64,000 bases of DNA from Minisyncoccota bacterium (GTDB taxonomy: Bacteria; Patescibacteriota; Minisyncoccia; Phycocordibacterales; UBA1006), in NCBI GenBank assembly GCA_028697455.1, contig JAQVEZ010000002.1, positions 89,921-153,920 of the forward strand, read 5' to 3'. Shown here piece by piece: positions 53,354 to 62,918 of the stretch (position 1 is the first letter of the stretch; each line of letters starts with the position of its first letter). Made by a program: the position numbers and the translations under genes. Under the pieces are notes generated by a model. It was not told the DNA's origin and did no database searches. It saw only the letters and a program-made list of their open reading frames with translations.

Positions 53354-54835
53354 GTGGTCAAGTCTTTTGTTATAGGTTTTATCATAGGCATTTTGGGACA
53401 ATCTCTTTTTGCTCCTCATACACACTTGTTTCTTTTGTCACTTGTGCTTTCGCTTGTTTCGCTCTTTTTTATTTTTTTGAGGTCAAAAAAATATCTTATT
53501 ATTACCTGCGCTCTTTTAGGAATATCTACCGGTCTTTTAAGATTTTCTTTTACAGTTTCTGATCATGAAGCTCATATTTTTGATGCTTTTACAGAAGAAA
53601 GAGAAAAAATTGCAGTTCGTGGAACGATATCTTCCGATCCTGTGTATGGTCTTTCATATACAGAGTTTGTTCTTAATACAGAAGGTCTTTTTATCCCAGG
53701 AGGAGATGAAGAAATTATTTCAACAAAAGTTTTAGTCAGAGCTGACAGTTATCAAACTTTTGAATACGGTGAGAGAGTTCTGGTTCAGGCAATTCCTCAA
53801 AAACCCCAGGCATTTGAAACAGAGACTGAACGTATTTTTAACTATGATAATTATCTTGCGAAGGATTCTATTTATTACATTTTTTCTTATGCTGAGGTAA
53901 ACAAACTCGAAGAAGGAAAAAAGAGCCTCCAAAGGTCTCTGTATCGTTTAAAAACTTTTTTCCTTTCTCATGCATATCGCTCAATACCAAATCCTGAATC
54001 AGGATTTCTTGCTGGAATTCTTTTTGGAGAAAAGTCAGCACTCTCAAAAGATTATGATGAAGCTTTTCGTGTTGTTGGGCTGAGTCACATCGTTGTTCTT
54101 TCTGGGTATAACATGAGTGTTGTTGTAGTACTGCTCATGTCGATTCTTTCTTTCCTACGAAGGGAAGTGCGTTCGGTTGTTGCTCTTTGTGGCATTACGG
54201 CCTTTGCTCTTCTGGTTGGGGCAGGTCCGACGGTGGTGCGTGCGTCACTGATGGCATCATTGCTTGTTATTGCAAATCTTTTTGGACGAGAGTATCGTAT
54301 TGACCGAGCTTTGATAATAGCAGGTGTTGTTATGGTGGTGTTTAATCCACGGATTCTTTTGTTTGATATTTCGTTTCAACTTTCATTCCTTGCTACCTAC
54401 GGCCTCATTAAAATTTCTCCGTGGATGACTTATGTTGTACGCTTTCTCCCAACAAAGTTTCTCATTCGAGAAAGTGCTTCGGCAACACTTTCTGCTCAGC
54501 TTATGGTGACGCCTCTTATTTTGTACAAGATGGGAAATATGTCACTCATTTCTCCTCTTGCTAATATTCTTGTGCTCCCCATTATTCCTCTTGCGATGGG
54601 AGTTGGTTTTCTCGAAGCCCTTGTTTCAATGGTGATTCCCGTTGCGCTCGAACCCTTTGCTTTTGTTGCTACGATAATTCTCCGATACCCACTCTGGATT
54701 GCAAAAACCTTCTCTTCAATTACTCTCGCATCTTTTAATATTCCACCTTTTCATTGGGCACTGATGATTCTTGCCTACGTTCTTCTTCTTCGGTATATAA
54801 ACAAGTTTTCAGAGAAACAAACGACCACCCTGTGA
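53354..54835 (+). CDS. comEC: ComEC/Rec2 competence channel protein, membrane core only (lacks the C-terminal MBL domain)
   Basis: N-terminal DUF4131-like TM region and the competence domain (VVGLSHIVVLSGYNMSVV). The protein ends before any metallo-beta-lactamase fold. Confidence 0.8.
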   Translation: MVKSFVIGFIIGILGQSLFAPHTHLFLLSLVLSLVSLFFIFLRSKKYLIITCALLGISTGLLRFSFTVSDHEAHIFDAFTEEREKIAVRGTISSDPVYGLSYTEFVLNTEGLFIPGGDEEIISTKVLVRADSYQTFEYGERVLVQAIPQKPQAFETETERIFNYDNYLAKDSIYYIFSYAEVNKLEEGKKSLQRSLYRLKTFFLSHAYRSIPNPESGFLAGILFGEKSALSKDYDEAFRVVGLSHIVVLSGYNMSVVVVLLMSILSFLRREVRSVVALCGITAFALLVGAGPTVVRASLMASLLVIANLFGREYRIDRALIIAGVVMVVFNPRILLFDISFQLSFLATYGLIKISPWMTYVVRFLPTKFLIRESASATLSAQLMVTPLILYKMGNMSLISPLANILVLPIIPLAMGVGFLEALVSMVIPVALEPFAFVATIILRYPLWIAKTFSSITLASFNIPPFHWALMILAYVLLLRYINKFSEKQTTTL

Positions 54836-54847
54836 TATAATAAAAAT

Positions 54848-55441
54848 ATGAAACATTCTCATCAACAGCACATTATTACTATTGGAGGGAAACCAGGAAG
54901 CGGAAAAAGTAGCACAGCAAAACAGCTCGCGGAGCTTCTTGGATATCAGCATTTTTCAAGTGGAGATTTCTTGCGAGAAGTTGCTCACAAAAGAGGAATG
55001 AGTATTAAAGAACTCATTGAACAAGCTGAAAAAGACGAATCGATTGATAAAGAGATTGATGAGCTTCTTGCGGCAAAGGCACAGGATGAAAATTTTGTTC
55101 TCGATTCACGCCTTGCTTTTCATTGGATTCCTCATTCATACAAGGTCTTTCTCGATATCCAGCCCGAACAAGCTGCCGCGAGGGTTTTTCACGATCTTAA
55201 AAACAACCCACTTCGTCAAAAAAGCGAAGGAACTTCCGAAGAAAATCTTTTAGCTCATGAATTAAGATTAAGGCATGAAAAAGATCTCGAACGTTATCAA
55301 AAATACTATCAGGTTGACTATGCAAATCCTGAGCACTTTGATCTTGTTATCGATACGGGAAATCCCAAGCACGATCTTCCGTATGTCGTCCAAAAGATAC
55401 ATGCTTCATACGAAGAATCATTGAGAAAAAATAATCTATGA
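54848..55441 (+). CDS. cmk: Cytidylate (CMP) kinase
   Basis: P-loop ITIGGKPGSGKSSTAKQLAE. It lies between the two comEC-derived ORFs. Its TGA stop overlaps the next ATG (ATGA). Confidence 0.8.
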   Translation: MKHSHQQHIITIGGKPGSGKSSTAKQLAELLGYQHFSSGDFLREVAHKRGMSIKELIEQAEKDESIDKEIDELLAAKAQDENFVLDSRLAFHWIPHSYKVFLDIQPEQAAARVFHDLKNNPLRQKSEGTSEENLLAHELRLRHEKDLERYQKYYQVDYANPEHFDLVIDTGNPKHDLPYVVQKIHASYEESLRKNNL

Positions 55442-56304
55442 AATTACAGAAGCTCACCTTTGTTATTGGATCTTTTGTAATACTCTGTCTTTCTTTTGTA
55501 TATCTTTCGTCTTTATTAAAAAAACCACAAGATCTCAAAATCATTTTTCTTGACGTAGGACAAGGCGATTCAATTCTTATTCTTACCCCTATGAAAAAAG
55601 TCCTCCTCATTGATGCGGGAGGAGGAAATGATATTGACCGAAAAATTAATACCTATCTTCCCATAAACAAAAGAACTCTCGACATGTTGTTTTTTACTCA
55701 CCCAGACCTCGATCATGTTGGAGGAGCTTTAAGTCTCTTTCGAAGATTCAAAATCAAAAATCTTTTTCATTCAGGACTCTTTGCTGGAAACGAAGTTTAT
55801 GAGGCAATAGCAAATTATAGTCATAAGGCACTCATTCCAAGCAGAGAGCTTTCTCTTGGCGACACCTTTATGATTGAACCAGGGCTTTCTTTAGTAGTTT
55901 TTTCTCCTCATCCAGAGCTCAGGTCGTATGAAGCGAATGATTATTCATTGGTGATGAAACTTGTCTATCACAACACCTCAGTTCTTCTTACGGGAGACGC
56001 AACACAGTTTGTTGAAAATGAACTTATAAATATTTTTGGAAATAATCTTGATTCCGATATTCTCAAGGTAGGGCATCATGGCTCAAACACCTCAACCTCA
56101 GCAGCATTCCTTGATGCTGTTCATCCTGAATACACCGTCCTCTCGTATGGGTGTACCAATAGCTACGGACATCCTCATCCAAACGTTGTCAGCACACTCT
56201 ACAAAAAGAAAGTCCAGGTTCTCGACACCTGTATGATGGGGGACATTGTCTTTCGGTCTGATGGAGAGAGTTTTTTTCTTGAAACAACTCACATAAAAAA
56301 ATAA
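55438..56304 (+). CDS. ComEC-type metallo-beta-lactamase-fold protein (membrane-anchored), encoded separately
   Basis: N-terminal TM segment. MBL motifs HPDLDHVGG and VGHHGS. The start codon overlaps the cmk stop by 4 nt. Confidence 0.8.
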   Translation: MKLQKLTFVIGSFVILCLSFVYLSSLLKKPQDLKIIFLDVGQGDSILILTPMKKVLLIDAGGGNDIDRKINTYLPINKRTLDMLFFTHPDLDHVGGALSLFRRFKIKNLFHSGLFAGNEVYEAIANYSHKALIPSRELSLGDTFMIEPGLSLVVFSPHPELRSYEANDYSLVMKLVYHNTSVLLTGDATQFVENELINIFGNNLDSDILKVGHHGSNTSTSAAFLDAVHPEYTVLSYGCTNSYGHPHPNVVSTLYKKKVQVLDTCMMGDIVFRSDGESFFLETTHIKK

Positions 56305-56324
56305 CAACGAAGTTTCCTTCGTTG

Positions 56325-56570
56325 TTATTTTATCAAACCAGCTTTTTTAAGGGTTTGGTAAGCTCCATTTTTCTTGATAGTTTTGATAGCGTTTGTTGAA
56401 ATACGCATAACAAAGGTTTGATCAAGCTCTGGAACATAAATTCTCTTCTTCTGGAGGTTAGGGAATCGTCGTCGTTTTCCTCGAGGGTTAAACTCAGTCG
56501 CACGAGTTCGATTGCTGTAACCACCTCCTACTTGAGAACTTTTCTGTGTAATTGGACAAGTTCGTGACAT
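56325..56570 (-). CDS. rpmB: 50S ribosomal protein L28
   Basis: MSRTCPITQKSSQVGGGYSNRTRATEFNPRGKRRRFPNLQKKRIYVPELDQTFVMRISTNAIKTIKK. The start is the internal Met; the ORF track begins at 56594. Confidence 0.85.
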   Translation of the reverse strand: MSRTCPITQKSSQVGGGYSNRTRATEFNPRGKRRRFPNLQKKRIYVPELDQTFVMRISTNAIKTIKKNGAYQTLKKAGLIK

Positions 56571-56649
56571 ATTATTGTTGTTTATTACATACAAACGTGC
56601 GCTGCACGCCCTCTTGGTAATAAAAGGATATTAGCATATACTTGAAACT

Positions 56650-57246
56650 ATGCAAGTTGAAAGTATCTTTTTTATTATCACTCTTCTCATCTCTATTATC
56701 TTTCATGAGGTCGCTCATGGCTATGTTGCGTATCGCTTAGGAGACCCAACTGCCAAGTCTTTAGGGCGACTTTCGTTGAACCCTTTGGTTCACCTTGAAT
56801 GGTTTGGTTCCGTAATTCTTCCAGGAATGATGATTCTTACAGGGATGCCTTTTGTCTTTGGTTGGGCAAAACCAGTCCCTTTCAACGTAACTTATTTCAA
56901 AAAACCAGAACAGGGAACACGTCTCGTTGCTGCTGCAGGTCCTTTGACCAATATAGCCCTCGCATTATTTGGGGCAGCGATGTACCACCTTCTTCCTTTG
57001 GGAGAAACAGGAGCGCTCTTTTTTGGAACTTTGGTCGTTATCAATATTGTTCTCGCTATTTTTAACCTCCTTCCCATTCCACCGCTTGATGGTCATCATA
57101 TTCTTTTTTCCCTTCTCCCACGTTCTTTTGACGGGATTAAGGCCTTTTTACGTCAATATGCGCTCATTATTTTGATAGCTTTTCTTGTCTTTGGTTTTGG
57201 TCTTATCGAGCCATTGATGATGTTTGTTATTAACATTCTCCTTTAG
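56650..57246 (+). CDS. Site-2 protease-like M50 metallopeptidase (small, SpoIVFB-type)
   Basis: HEVAHG zinc motif inside the first TM segment. 198 aa, polytopic. Confidence 0.7.
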   Translation: MQVESIFFIITLLISIIFHEVAHGYVAYRLGDPTAKSLGRLSLNPLVHLEWFGSVILPGMMILTGMPFVFGWAKPVPFNVTYFKKPEQGTRLVAAAGPLTNIALALFGAAMYHLLPLGETGALFFGTLVVINIVLAIFNLLPIPPLDGHHILFSLLPRSFDGIKAFLRQYALIILIAFLVFGFGLIEPLMMFVINILL

Positions 57247-57347
57247 AGAGGAAAAAGACTCCCACGTTCTTGCAATTTTTATAATTTATAGTAATGTCTT
57301 CAACATATGACCCTCCACAAGGAGGCGTTATTTTGTAAAGAATATAT

Positions 57348-57761
57348 ATGCCGAAAATTAATCAACTTATTAGAAAGGGTCGACAGTCTCAAAAAGCACA
57401 GCCAAAAGCCATTGCTCTCCGACGTGGATTCAACTCCCTTCAAAATAAACCAACTCGATACCCATCTCCATTCAAACGTGGAGTGTGTACCAAGGTAACC
57501 ACTACGACTCCAAAAAAGCCTAACTCAGCGCTTCGAAAGATTGCTCGAGTTCGACTTACCAACCATATGGAGGTAACTGCGTATATCCCAGGAATGGGAC
57601 ACAAATTGCAGGAACACAGCGTGGTACTCTTGCGAGGAGGTCGTGTGAAAGACTTGATTGGAGTTCGTTATACCGTTGTGCGAGGAGTTCTCGATGCTAC
57701 GGGAGTAGACGGACGAAAGAAATCACGATCACGATACGGAGTAAAGAAACCAAAGGAATAA
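57348..57761 (+). CDS. rpsL: 30S ribosomal protein S12
   Basis: PTINQL-like [12 protein letters not shown] and [17 protein letters not shown]. An anti-SD/SD hairpin cctcc-acaa-ggagg lies in its leader at about 57327-57340. Confidence 0.95.
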   Translation: MPKINQLIRKGRQSQKAQPKAIALRRGFNSLQNKPTRYPSPFKRGVCTKVTTTTPKKPNSALRKIARVRLTNHMEVTAYIPGMGHKLQEHSVVLLRGGRVKDLIGVRYTVVRGVLDATGVDGRKKSRSRYGVKKPKE

Positions 57762-57778
57762 GAGATATATAATAGATT

Positions 57779-58252
57779 ATGCGAAGACCAGTAAAAAACA
57801 GAAGAAAACCAGGTCCTGATTCAGTATACGATTCAGTTGCCGTTTCTCGATTCATCAACTACGTAATGCTTGATGGAAAAAAAGAAACCGCACGAAAAAT
57901 CGTCTACGGAGCACTTAAGCTTGCCGAAGAAAAAAATGCTGAAAAGAAAGGAGCTCTTGAGATTTTTGAAGCAGCGTTGAAAAACGCAGGTCCTTCTACC
58001 GAAGTTCGTTCACGACGTGTCGGAGGAGCAAACTATCAAGTTCCAATGCCTGTTCGTCCAGAACGACAACAAGCACTTGCGATGCGATGGATTATCGAAA
58101 GTGCCCGAAGCAAAAAAGGAGGAGAGATGTTTACCTTTCTTTCTGAAGAACTTCTTGCTGCAGCTGCAGGAGAAGGGGACGCAGTAAAGAAAAAAGAAAA
58201 CGTTCACAAAATGGCCGAAGCCAACAAGGCTTTTGCTCATCTCTCTTGGTAA
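57779..58252 (+). CDS. rpsG: 30S ribosomal protein S7
   Basis: Canonical S7 (…QVPMPVRPERQQALAMRWIIESAR…). Confidence 0.95.
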   Translation: MRRPVKNRRKPGPDSVYDSVAVSRFINYVMLDGKKETARKIVYGALKLAEEKNAEKKGALEIFEAALKNAGPSTEVRSRRVGGANYQVPMPVRPERQQALAMRWIIESARSKKGGEMFTFLSEELLAAAAGEGDAVKKKENVHKMAEANKAFAHLSW

Positions 58253-58391
58253 TATTCACGAAAAAGAAAACAAGATACATTTCTTGTTTTCTTTTTTTTC
58301 TTTTTCACGCTATACTATCAATAACAGTGATGCGGATAATATTCACAGGCTGTTGTTAATATATTAATTCAGAATAATCGATAGATACACT

Positions 58392-58658
58392 ATGACAGAA
58401 CCACAAGATTTCCTTGCCTATATTGTAAAAGGACTCGTAAGTAATCCTGATGATGTAAAGGTAGAAAAAACCGTTGATGATATGGGAGTACTGCTTACCC
58501 TCTCACTTAACCCAGCTGATATGGGACAAGTAATCGGACGACAAGGAGCTACGGCAAAAGCTATTCGAACCCTCGTTCGTGTAGCAGGGATGAAATCCAA
58601 CGCCCGCGTGAATGTTCGTATTAACGAACCACAAAGAGAATCTTCTGCAACAGAATAA
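58392..58658 (+). CDS. KH-domain RNA-binding protein (KhpA/YlqC-like)
   Basis: 88 aa with the GxxG loop VIGRQGATAKAIRTLV. Confidence 0.7.
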   Translation: MTEPQDFLAYIVKGLVSNPDDVKVEKTVDDMGVLLTLSLNPADMGQVIGRQGATAKAIRTLVRVAGMKSNARVNVRINEPQRESSATE

Positions 58659-58706
58659 AGAAAACGCCGAGAGCGTTTTTTTTATTTATGCTATACTCAA
58701 TACTCT

Positions 58707-59324
58707 ATGAAATTGAACGAAACATTTATTGTTATTGGCCCTTCAGGGTCAGGAAAAGGAACTCAAATCAAACTCCTCAAAGAGTACATCGCGACTCATT
58801 ACCCAGAAACAGACCTTTACTATTTCGAAGCAGGTTCTCATTTTAGGGATTTTACAGAACAAAAAAACAACTACACCAGTAAGATTATGAAATCAATTCT
58901 TGATCGAGGAATGCTTGCGCCAGATTTTGTAACCGAGTGGTTTATCACCGATGCGCTGGTTCACCATATGACAGGAGAAGCCCAAACATTGATTTTTGAT
59001 GGAACACCACGAACCGAAGGACAGGCAAAAACCATCAACGCTATTATGGAATACTATGGGCGAAGGAACATGAAAGTTCTTAACTTTACCGTTCCCGAAG
59101 ACGTTGTTCGCGAACGAATGACCTCACGTGGTCGAGCTGATGATATTGATCCAGAAGCCATCGAAAACAGAATTACATGGTATCGAGAGAAGGTTACCAA
59201 AGCCATCGAATATTTTAGAAACCACGCTGACTATGAAGTCATCGATATTAATGGAGTTGGAGATATTACTGAAATTCACCACAATATTATCGCAAGACTC
59301 CAGCTCGACAAATCAAACGCATAA
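58707..59324 (+). CDS. adk: Adenylate kinase
   Basis: P-loop IVIGPSGSGKGTQ and the LID region. Confidence 0.9.
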   Translation: MKLNETFIVIGPSGSGKGTQIKLLKEYIATHYPETDLYYFEAGSHFRDFTEQKNNYTSKIMKSILDRGMLAPDFVTEWFITDALVHHMTGEAQTLIFDGTPRTEGQAKTINAIMEYYGRRNMKVLNFTVPEDVVRERMTSRGRADDIDPEAIENRITWYREKVTKAIEYFRNHADYEVIDINGVGDITEIHHNIIARLQLDKSNA

Positions 59325-59355
59325 GGCTTCGATTTTTCTTTGATATACTAGAGCT

Positions 59356-60501
59356 ATGAATAATTTTTTTGAAAAATTTTCTCTCATCCATATTCCTGAT
59401 ACCGAGATTCAAGGGCGTGCAGTTCTCATTCGTGTTGACTTTAATGTTCCAATTACCGAAGGGCATGTTGATGACACAGGAGACGGAAGAATCCAATCAA
59501 GCCTCAAAACCATTCGTTATGTTATGGAAAGGGGAGGAACACCGATCCTTATCAGCCACCACGGCAAAAAAGAAGACTCCCTCCTTCCGATTGCAGAATA
59601 TCTCAAAAAATTCTTTGATGTTGTTTTCTTAAAAAATTTCGAAGATTTTAGCCAAGAAAAAAACAACAAAAACTTCCACGGAAAAGTCATTCTCTTTGAG
59701 AACCTCAGACAGTTTGATGGAGAACTCGAAAATGATAGCTCCTATCTCAACCCGTTAATCTCAGAATCTTCATGTTATATCAACGAAGCTTTCCCTGCGT
59801 CTCACCGCGCTCACGGGAGTCTTGATGATATTGTAGGACGATTACCGTCCTATCTTGGCTTCCAATTTCTCGCGGAGCTCGAGGGGCTTGCACTCTTTAA
59901 CAAAGATCACCTTCCACAGAACACAACCCTTGTTCTCGGAGGAGCAAAATTTGGAACCAAACTCAATTTACTCAAAAGTTTTCTCCCGCACCTCGAATAC
60001 GTCCTTATGGGAGGAGCTCTCGCAAACCTTTTCTTGAGAGAACGAGGTTTTGAAGTGGGAAAATCTTTTATTGATGAAGTTGATATTAGCGATATCAAAG
60101 ACAGTGAGAAAATCATTCTCCCAATAGATATCGTTGACCAAGAGGGCGACATTCTCCGCATCGATCGTGTTGGAAGAAATGACAGCATTCTCGATATCGG
60201 CCCAGAAACAGGAGCACTGTTTGAAACCATTATCAAAAAGAGCGCCCTCGTTCTCTGGAATGGCCCTATGGGAAAATACGAAGACAATTATTACGAAGGA
60301 TCACATGCCGTCGTCAAGGCAATGGCAGAAACAACAGCGCGAACACTTATCGGAGGAGGGGATTCTCTTGCGATTATCAAAAAAGAAGGATTCTCCGAAG
60401 AGCAGTTTGATGTTATTTCTATGGGAGGAGGGGCTATGTTGGAATACCTTATTTCAGGAACACTTCCTGTTCTCGAAGCCTACAAAAAACTCACCCAATA
60501 A
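59356..60501 (+). CDS. pgk: Phosphoglycerate kinase
   Basis: RVDFNVP N-terminal motif, 381 aa. Confidence 0.9.
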   Translation: MNNFFEKFSLIHIPDTEIQGRAVLIRVDFNVPITEGHVDDTGDGRIQSSLKTIRYVMERGGTPILISHHGKKEDSLLPIAEYLKKFFDVVFLKNFEDFSQEKNNKNFHGKVILFENLRQFDGELENDSSYLNPLISESSCYINEAFPASHRAHGSLDDIVGRLPSYLGFQFLAELEGLALFNKDHLPQNTTLVLGGAKFGTKLNLLKSFLPHLEYVLMGGALANLFLRERGFEVGKSFIDEVDISDIKDSEKIILPIDIVDQEGDILRIDRVGRNDSILDIGPETGALFETIIKKSALVLWNGPMGKYEDNYYEGSHAVVKAMAETTARTLIGGGDSLAIIKKEGFSEEQFDVISMGGGAMLEYLISGTLPVLEAYKKLTQ

Positions 60502-60525
60502 TAAAAAGCTCATCCGAGCTTTTTA

Positions 60526-61254
60526 TTATTCCGTAACACCCCAGTCTTTGATAATTTCTTTTTCGTGTTCGAGAGAGAGAGCCTTTCTAAATTTTGCTGA
60601 TCGTCCTGTTACGCGCGCTTCACAGTCAGCCCAATTACTAAAGCGTTCAACCTTACCATCAATCAATGCAATATATGAATATGCTGTTCCCGCTTTTCTT
60701 CCTTTGTAGAGTTCTTTTTGCTCTGCATCTTTTGGAATCGTGAGAATATCGTGAATGCCGTATTGAGAGAGTTTCCCTCGATAAAGATTTACCTTGCTTC
60801 CTTCAGCAAGTCCTCGCGCGATATCATCGACACGCTCATTTCCAGGAACGCCAACATGCCCATGAACATGGTGGAAATGAATCGTATTTTTCCCGCGCGT
60901 CTCAATGAGCTCAAGAAGACTCTGCCACAAAGCTTTGTTTTTTACATCTTCCTTCTCACTTGTTTTCCAGCCGTTGCGAGACCAGCGATAGATCCATTCA
61001 GTTGCTCCCTGAATCGTATAACGAGAATCAGTATAAATATGGAGCGGGGCATTACTGTTCAGAGCGTAACCTAGGGCAGAAACAACCGCTGTGAGTTCCA
61101 TTTCATTATTGGTAGTGTGGGCCTTGTTTCCACCAAGTTCAATCACCTCATCAAGTTTCTGATAAATAAGAATCGCTCCCCAGCCTCCAACTCCAGGATT
61201 TCCAAGGGATGATCCATCAGCAAATACAACTAAATCATTTTCGTGCTTTTTCAT
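60526..61254 (-). CDS. rnhA: Ribonuclease HI with a C-terminal hybrid-binding (caulimovirus viroplasmin-like) domain
   Basis: RNase H core DGSSLGNPG, TNNEMEL and HVHGHVGVPGNERVD. The C-terminal 60 aa (AYSYIALIDGKVERFSNWADCEARVTGRSAKFRKALSLEHEKE) match the HBD consensus. The HBD is normally N-terminal. Confidence 0.8.
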   Translation of the reverse strand: MKKHENDLVVFADGSSLGNPGVGGWGAILIYQKLDEVIELGGNKAHTTNNEMELTAVVSALGYALNSNAPLHIYTDSRYTIQGATEWIYRWSRNGWKTSEKEDVKNKALWQSLLELIETRGKNTIHFHHVHGHVGVPGNERVDDIARGLAEGSKVNLYRGKLSQYGIHDILTIPKDAEQKELYKGRKAGTAYSYIALIDGKVERFSNWADCEARVTGRSAKFRKALSLEHEKEIIKDWGVTE

Positions 61255-61305
61255 ATTGTTATCCTAACACATTCAAACAAAAAAACAGAGATTGCTCTCT
61301 ATTTT

Positions 61306-62427
61306 TTATTTAAGGGTCATTTCCTTTCGCATACTTGCTCGGATTTCTTTTTCAAGTTGATTCATAATCTTCTTGTCTTCTTCAAGTTTCTTTCGAGCAG
61401 CATCGTATCCACGACCAAGTTTTAACTCATCAGGATACTTTGCATCGGGGGCAGGGGTATAGGTATACGAAGCACCAGCCTTTTTGATAAATCCATATTT
61501 TTCTCCAAGAGCAAGCAACTCTCCATTACGAGCAATTCCTTCTCCATAAATGATATCAAACTCAGTTTGCCGAAACGGTGCAGAGACTTTGTTCTTGGCT
61601 ACCTTTACGCGTGTTCGTGAGCCAACAACTTCTTCTCCTTTTTTAATAGAAGCAATACGTCTAATATCAATACGAACAGAAGAATAGAACTTGAGCGCTT
61701 TTCCTCCCGTAGTTGTTTCAGGTGATCCAAACATCACACCAATCTTCATACGAATTTGGTTGATAAAGATAACCGTTGTTTTTGATTTCGCAACGAGCCC
61801 AGTAAGCTTTCGCAATGCTTGTGACATAAGTCGCGCTTGTTTCCCAACATGGTGAGCTCCCATATCTCCCTCAATCTCATCTTTTGGAGTAAGCGCTGCC
61901 ACCGAGTCAACGACCACAACGCTAATATTTCCAGAACGAACGAGACTATCAACAATCTCCAAAGCCTGCTCTCCGGTATCTGGTTGCGAGATGAGGAGGC
62001 TATCAGTCTTGACCCCAATGTTCTTTGCATAAATAGGATCGAGCGCATGCTCCGCATCAATAAAGGCACACACGCCACCAGCTTTTTGGGCTTCGGCAAT
62101 AATGTGGAGTGTCAGGGTTGTCTTTCCAGATGATTCAGGTCCGTAAATTTCAATAATTCTTCCACGAGGAATTCCTCCGACTCCCAAGGCTTCATCAAGC
62201 CCAATAGATCCTGTTGGAATAGTATCAATATCCACCTTTGGAGCATCTCCCAATTTGATAATAGATCCTTCTCCAAATTTTGTTTGAATAAGATCAATCG
62301 TTTCCTTGATATGTTCGTCGCGGATATCTTTTTCGGTCATTTTTTCTTTTACTTCTTTTGTTTCCTTTTCTGCTTTTGGAGCGGTCTCTTTAGCAGTTTT
62401 TTTTGTCGTTGTTTTTTTTGTTGCCAT
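61306..62427 (-). CDS. recA: Recombinase RecA with a Lys-rich N-terminal extension
   Basis: Walker [11 protein letters not shown] and the L1/L2 loops. The N-terminal extension of about 30 aa is [27 protein letters not shown]. Confidence 0.95.
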   Translation of the reverse strand: MATKKTTTKKTAKETAPKAEKETKEVKEKMTEKDIRDEHIKETIDLIQTKFGEGSIIKLGDAPKVDIDTIPTGSIGLDEALGVGGIPRGRIIEIYGPESSGKTTLTLHIIAEAQKAGGVCAFIDAEHALDPIYAKNIGVKTDSLLISQPDTGEQALEIVDSLVRSGNISVVVVDSVAALTPKDEIEGDMGAHHVGKQARLMSQALRKLTGLVAKSKTTVIFINQIRMKIGVMFGSPETTTGGKALKFYSSVRIDIRRIASIKKGEEVVGSRTRVKVAKNKVSAPFRQTEFDIIYGEGIARNGELLALGEKYGFIKKAGASYTYTPAPDAKYPDELKLGRGYDAARKKLEEDKKIMNQLEKEIRASMRKEMTLK

Positions 62428-62442
62428 AATGCTTAGGTATAA

Positions 62443-62913
62443 TTATTCATTCGTAATAACAAGGCTCTCGTCCAAAGAAGATTCGTCGTGTTCAATCAGG
62501 TCTTCTTCGGGATTGATTTCATTTCCTTGCTGAGAAGCTTTTGCTTCACTGAGCGTTTTCGAGAACGGCTCGGGTTTTTGGGTACTTATAATCGTATAGT
62601 GATAGATACGGTGATGCTTAAAGATATCAGATACATCTACCTCAAGTATAGTCTCTCCTGGAGGAACAACAATAGTTTCCTCAAAGCTGTCTTCTTCTCG
62701 CAAGGTAATGCTTCTTCCGTTAATGAGCATCTCATTTACGTTTTTGATTTTGCCACGAAAGACCAAATGCGCACCGCTAATTTCCGAAATAGGGGAGAGA
62801 GAACTCTCAACAATCAGGGGGCCACGAAACACACGTTCAAACCTTCCAAGGGCAAACAAGAGAACAAAGGCAAAGAACGCAATACCAATACCACTGAGGA
62901 TAACTTTCTTCAT
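62443..62913 (-). CDS. Membrane-anchored hypothetical protein
   Basis: N-terminal TM segment and a C-terminal acidic tail. It lies between ftsK and recA. Confidence 0.4.
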   Translation of the reverse strand: MKKVILSGIGIAFFAFVLLFALGRFERVFRGPLIVESSLSPISEISGAHLVFRGKIKNVNEMLINGRSITLREEDSFEETIVVPPGETILEVDVSDIFKHHRIYHYTIISTQKPEPFSKTLSEAKASQQGNEINPEEDLIEHDESSLDESLVITNE

Positions 62914-62918
62914 ATCAT

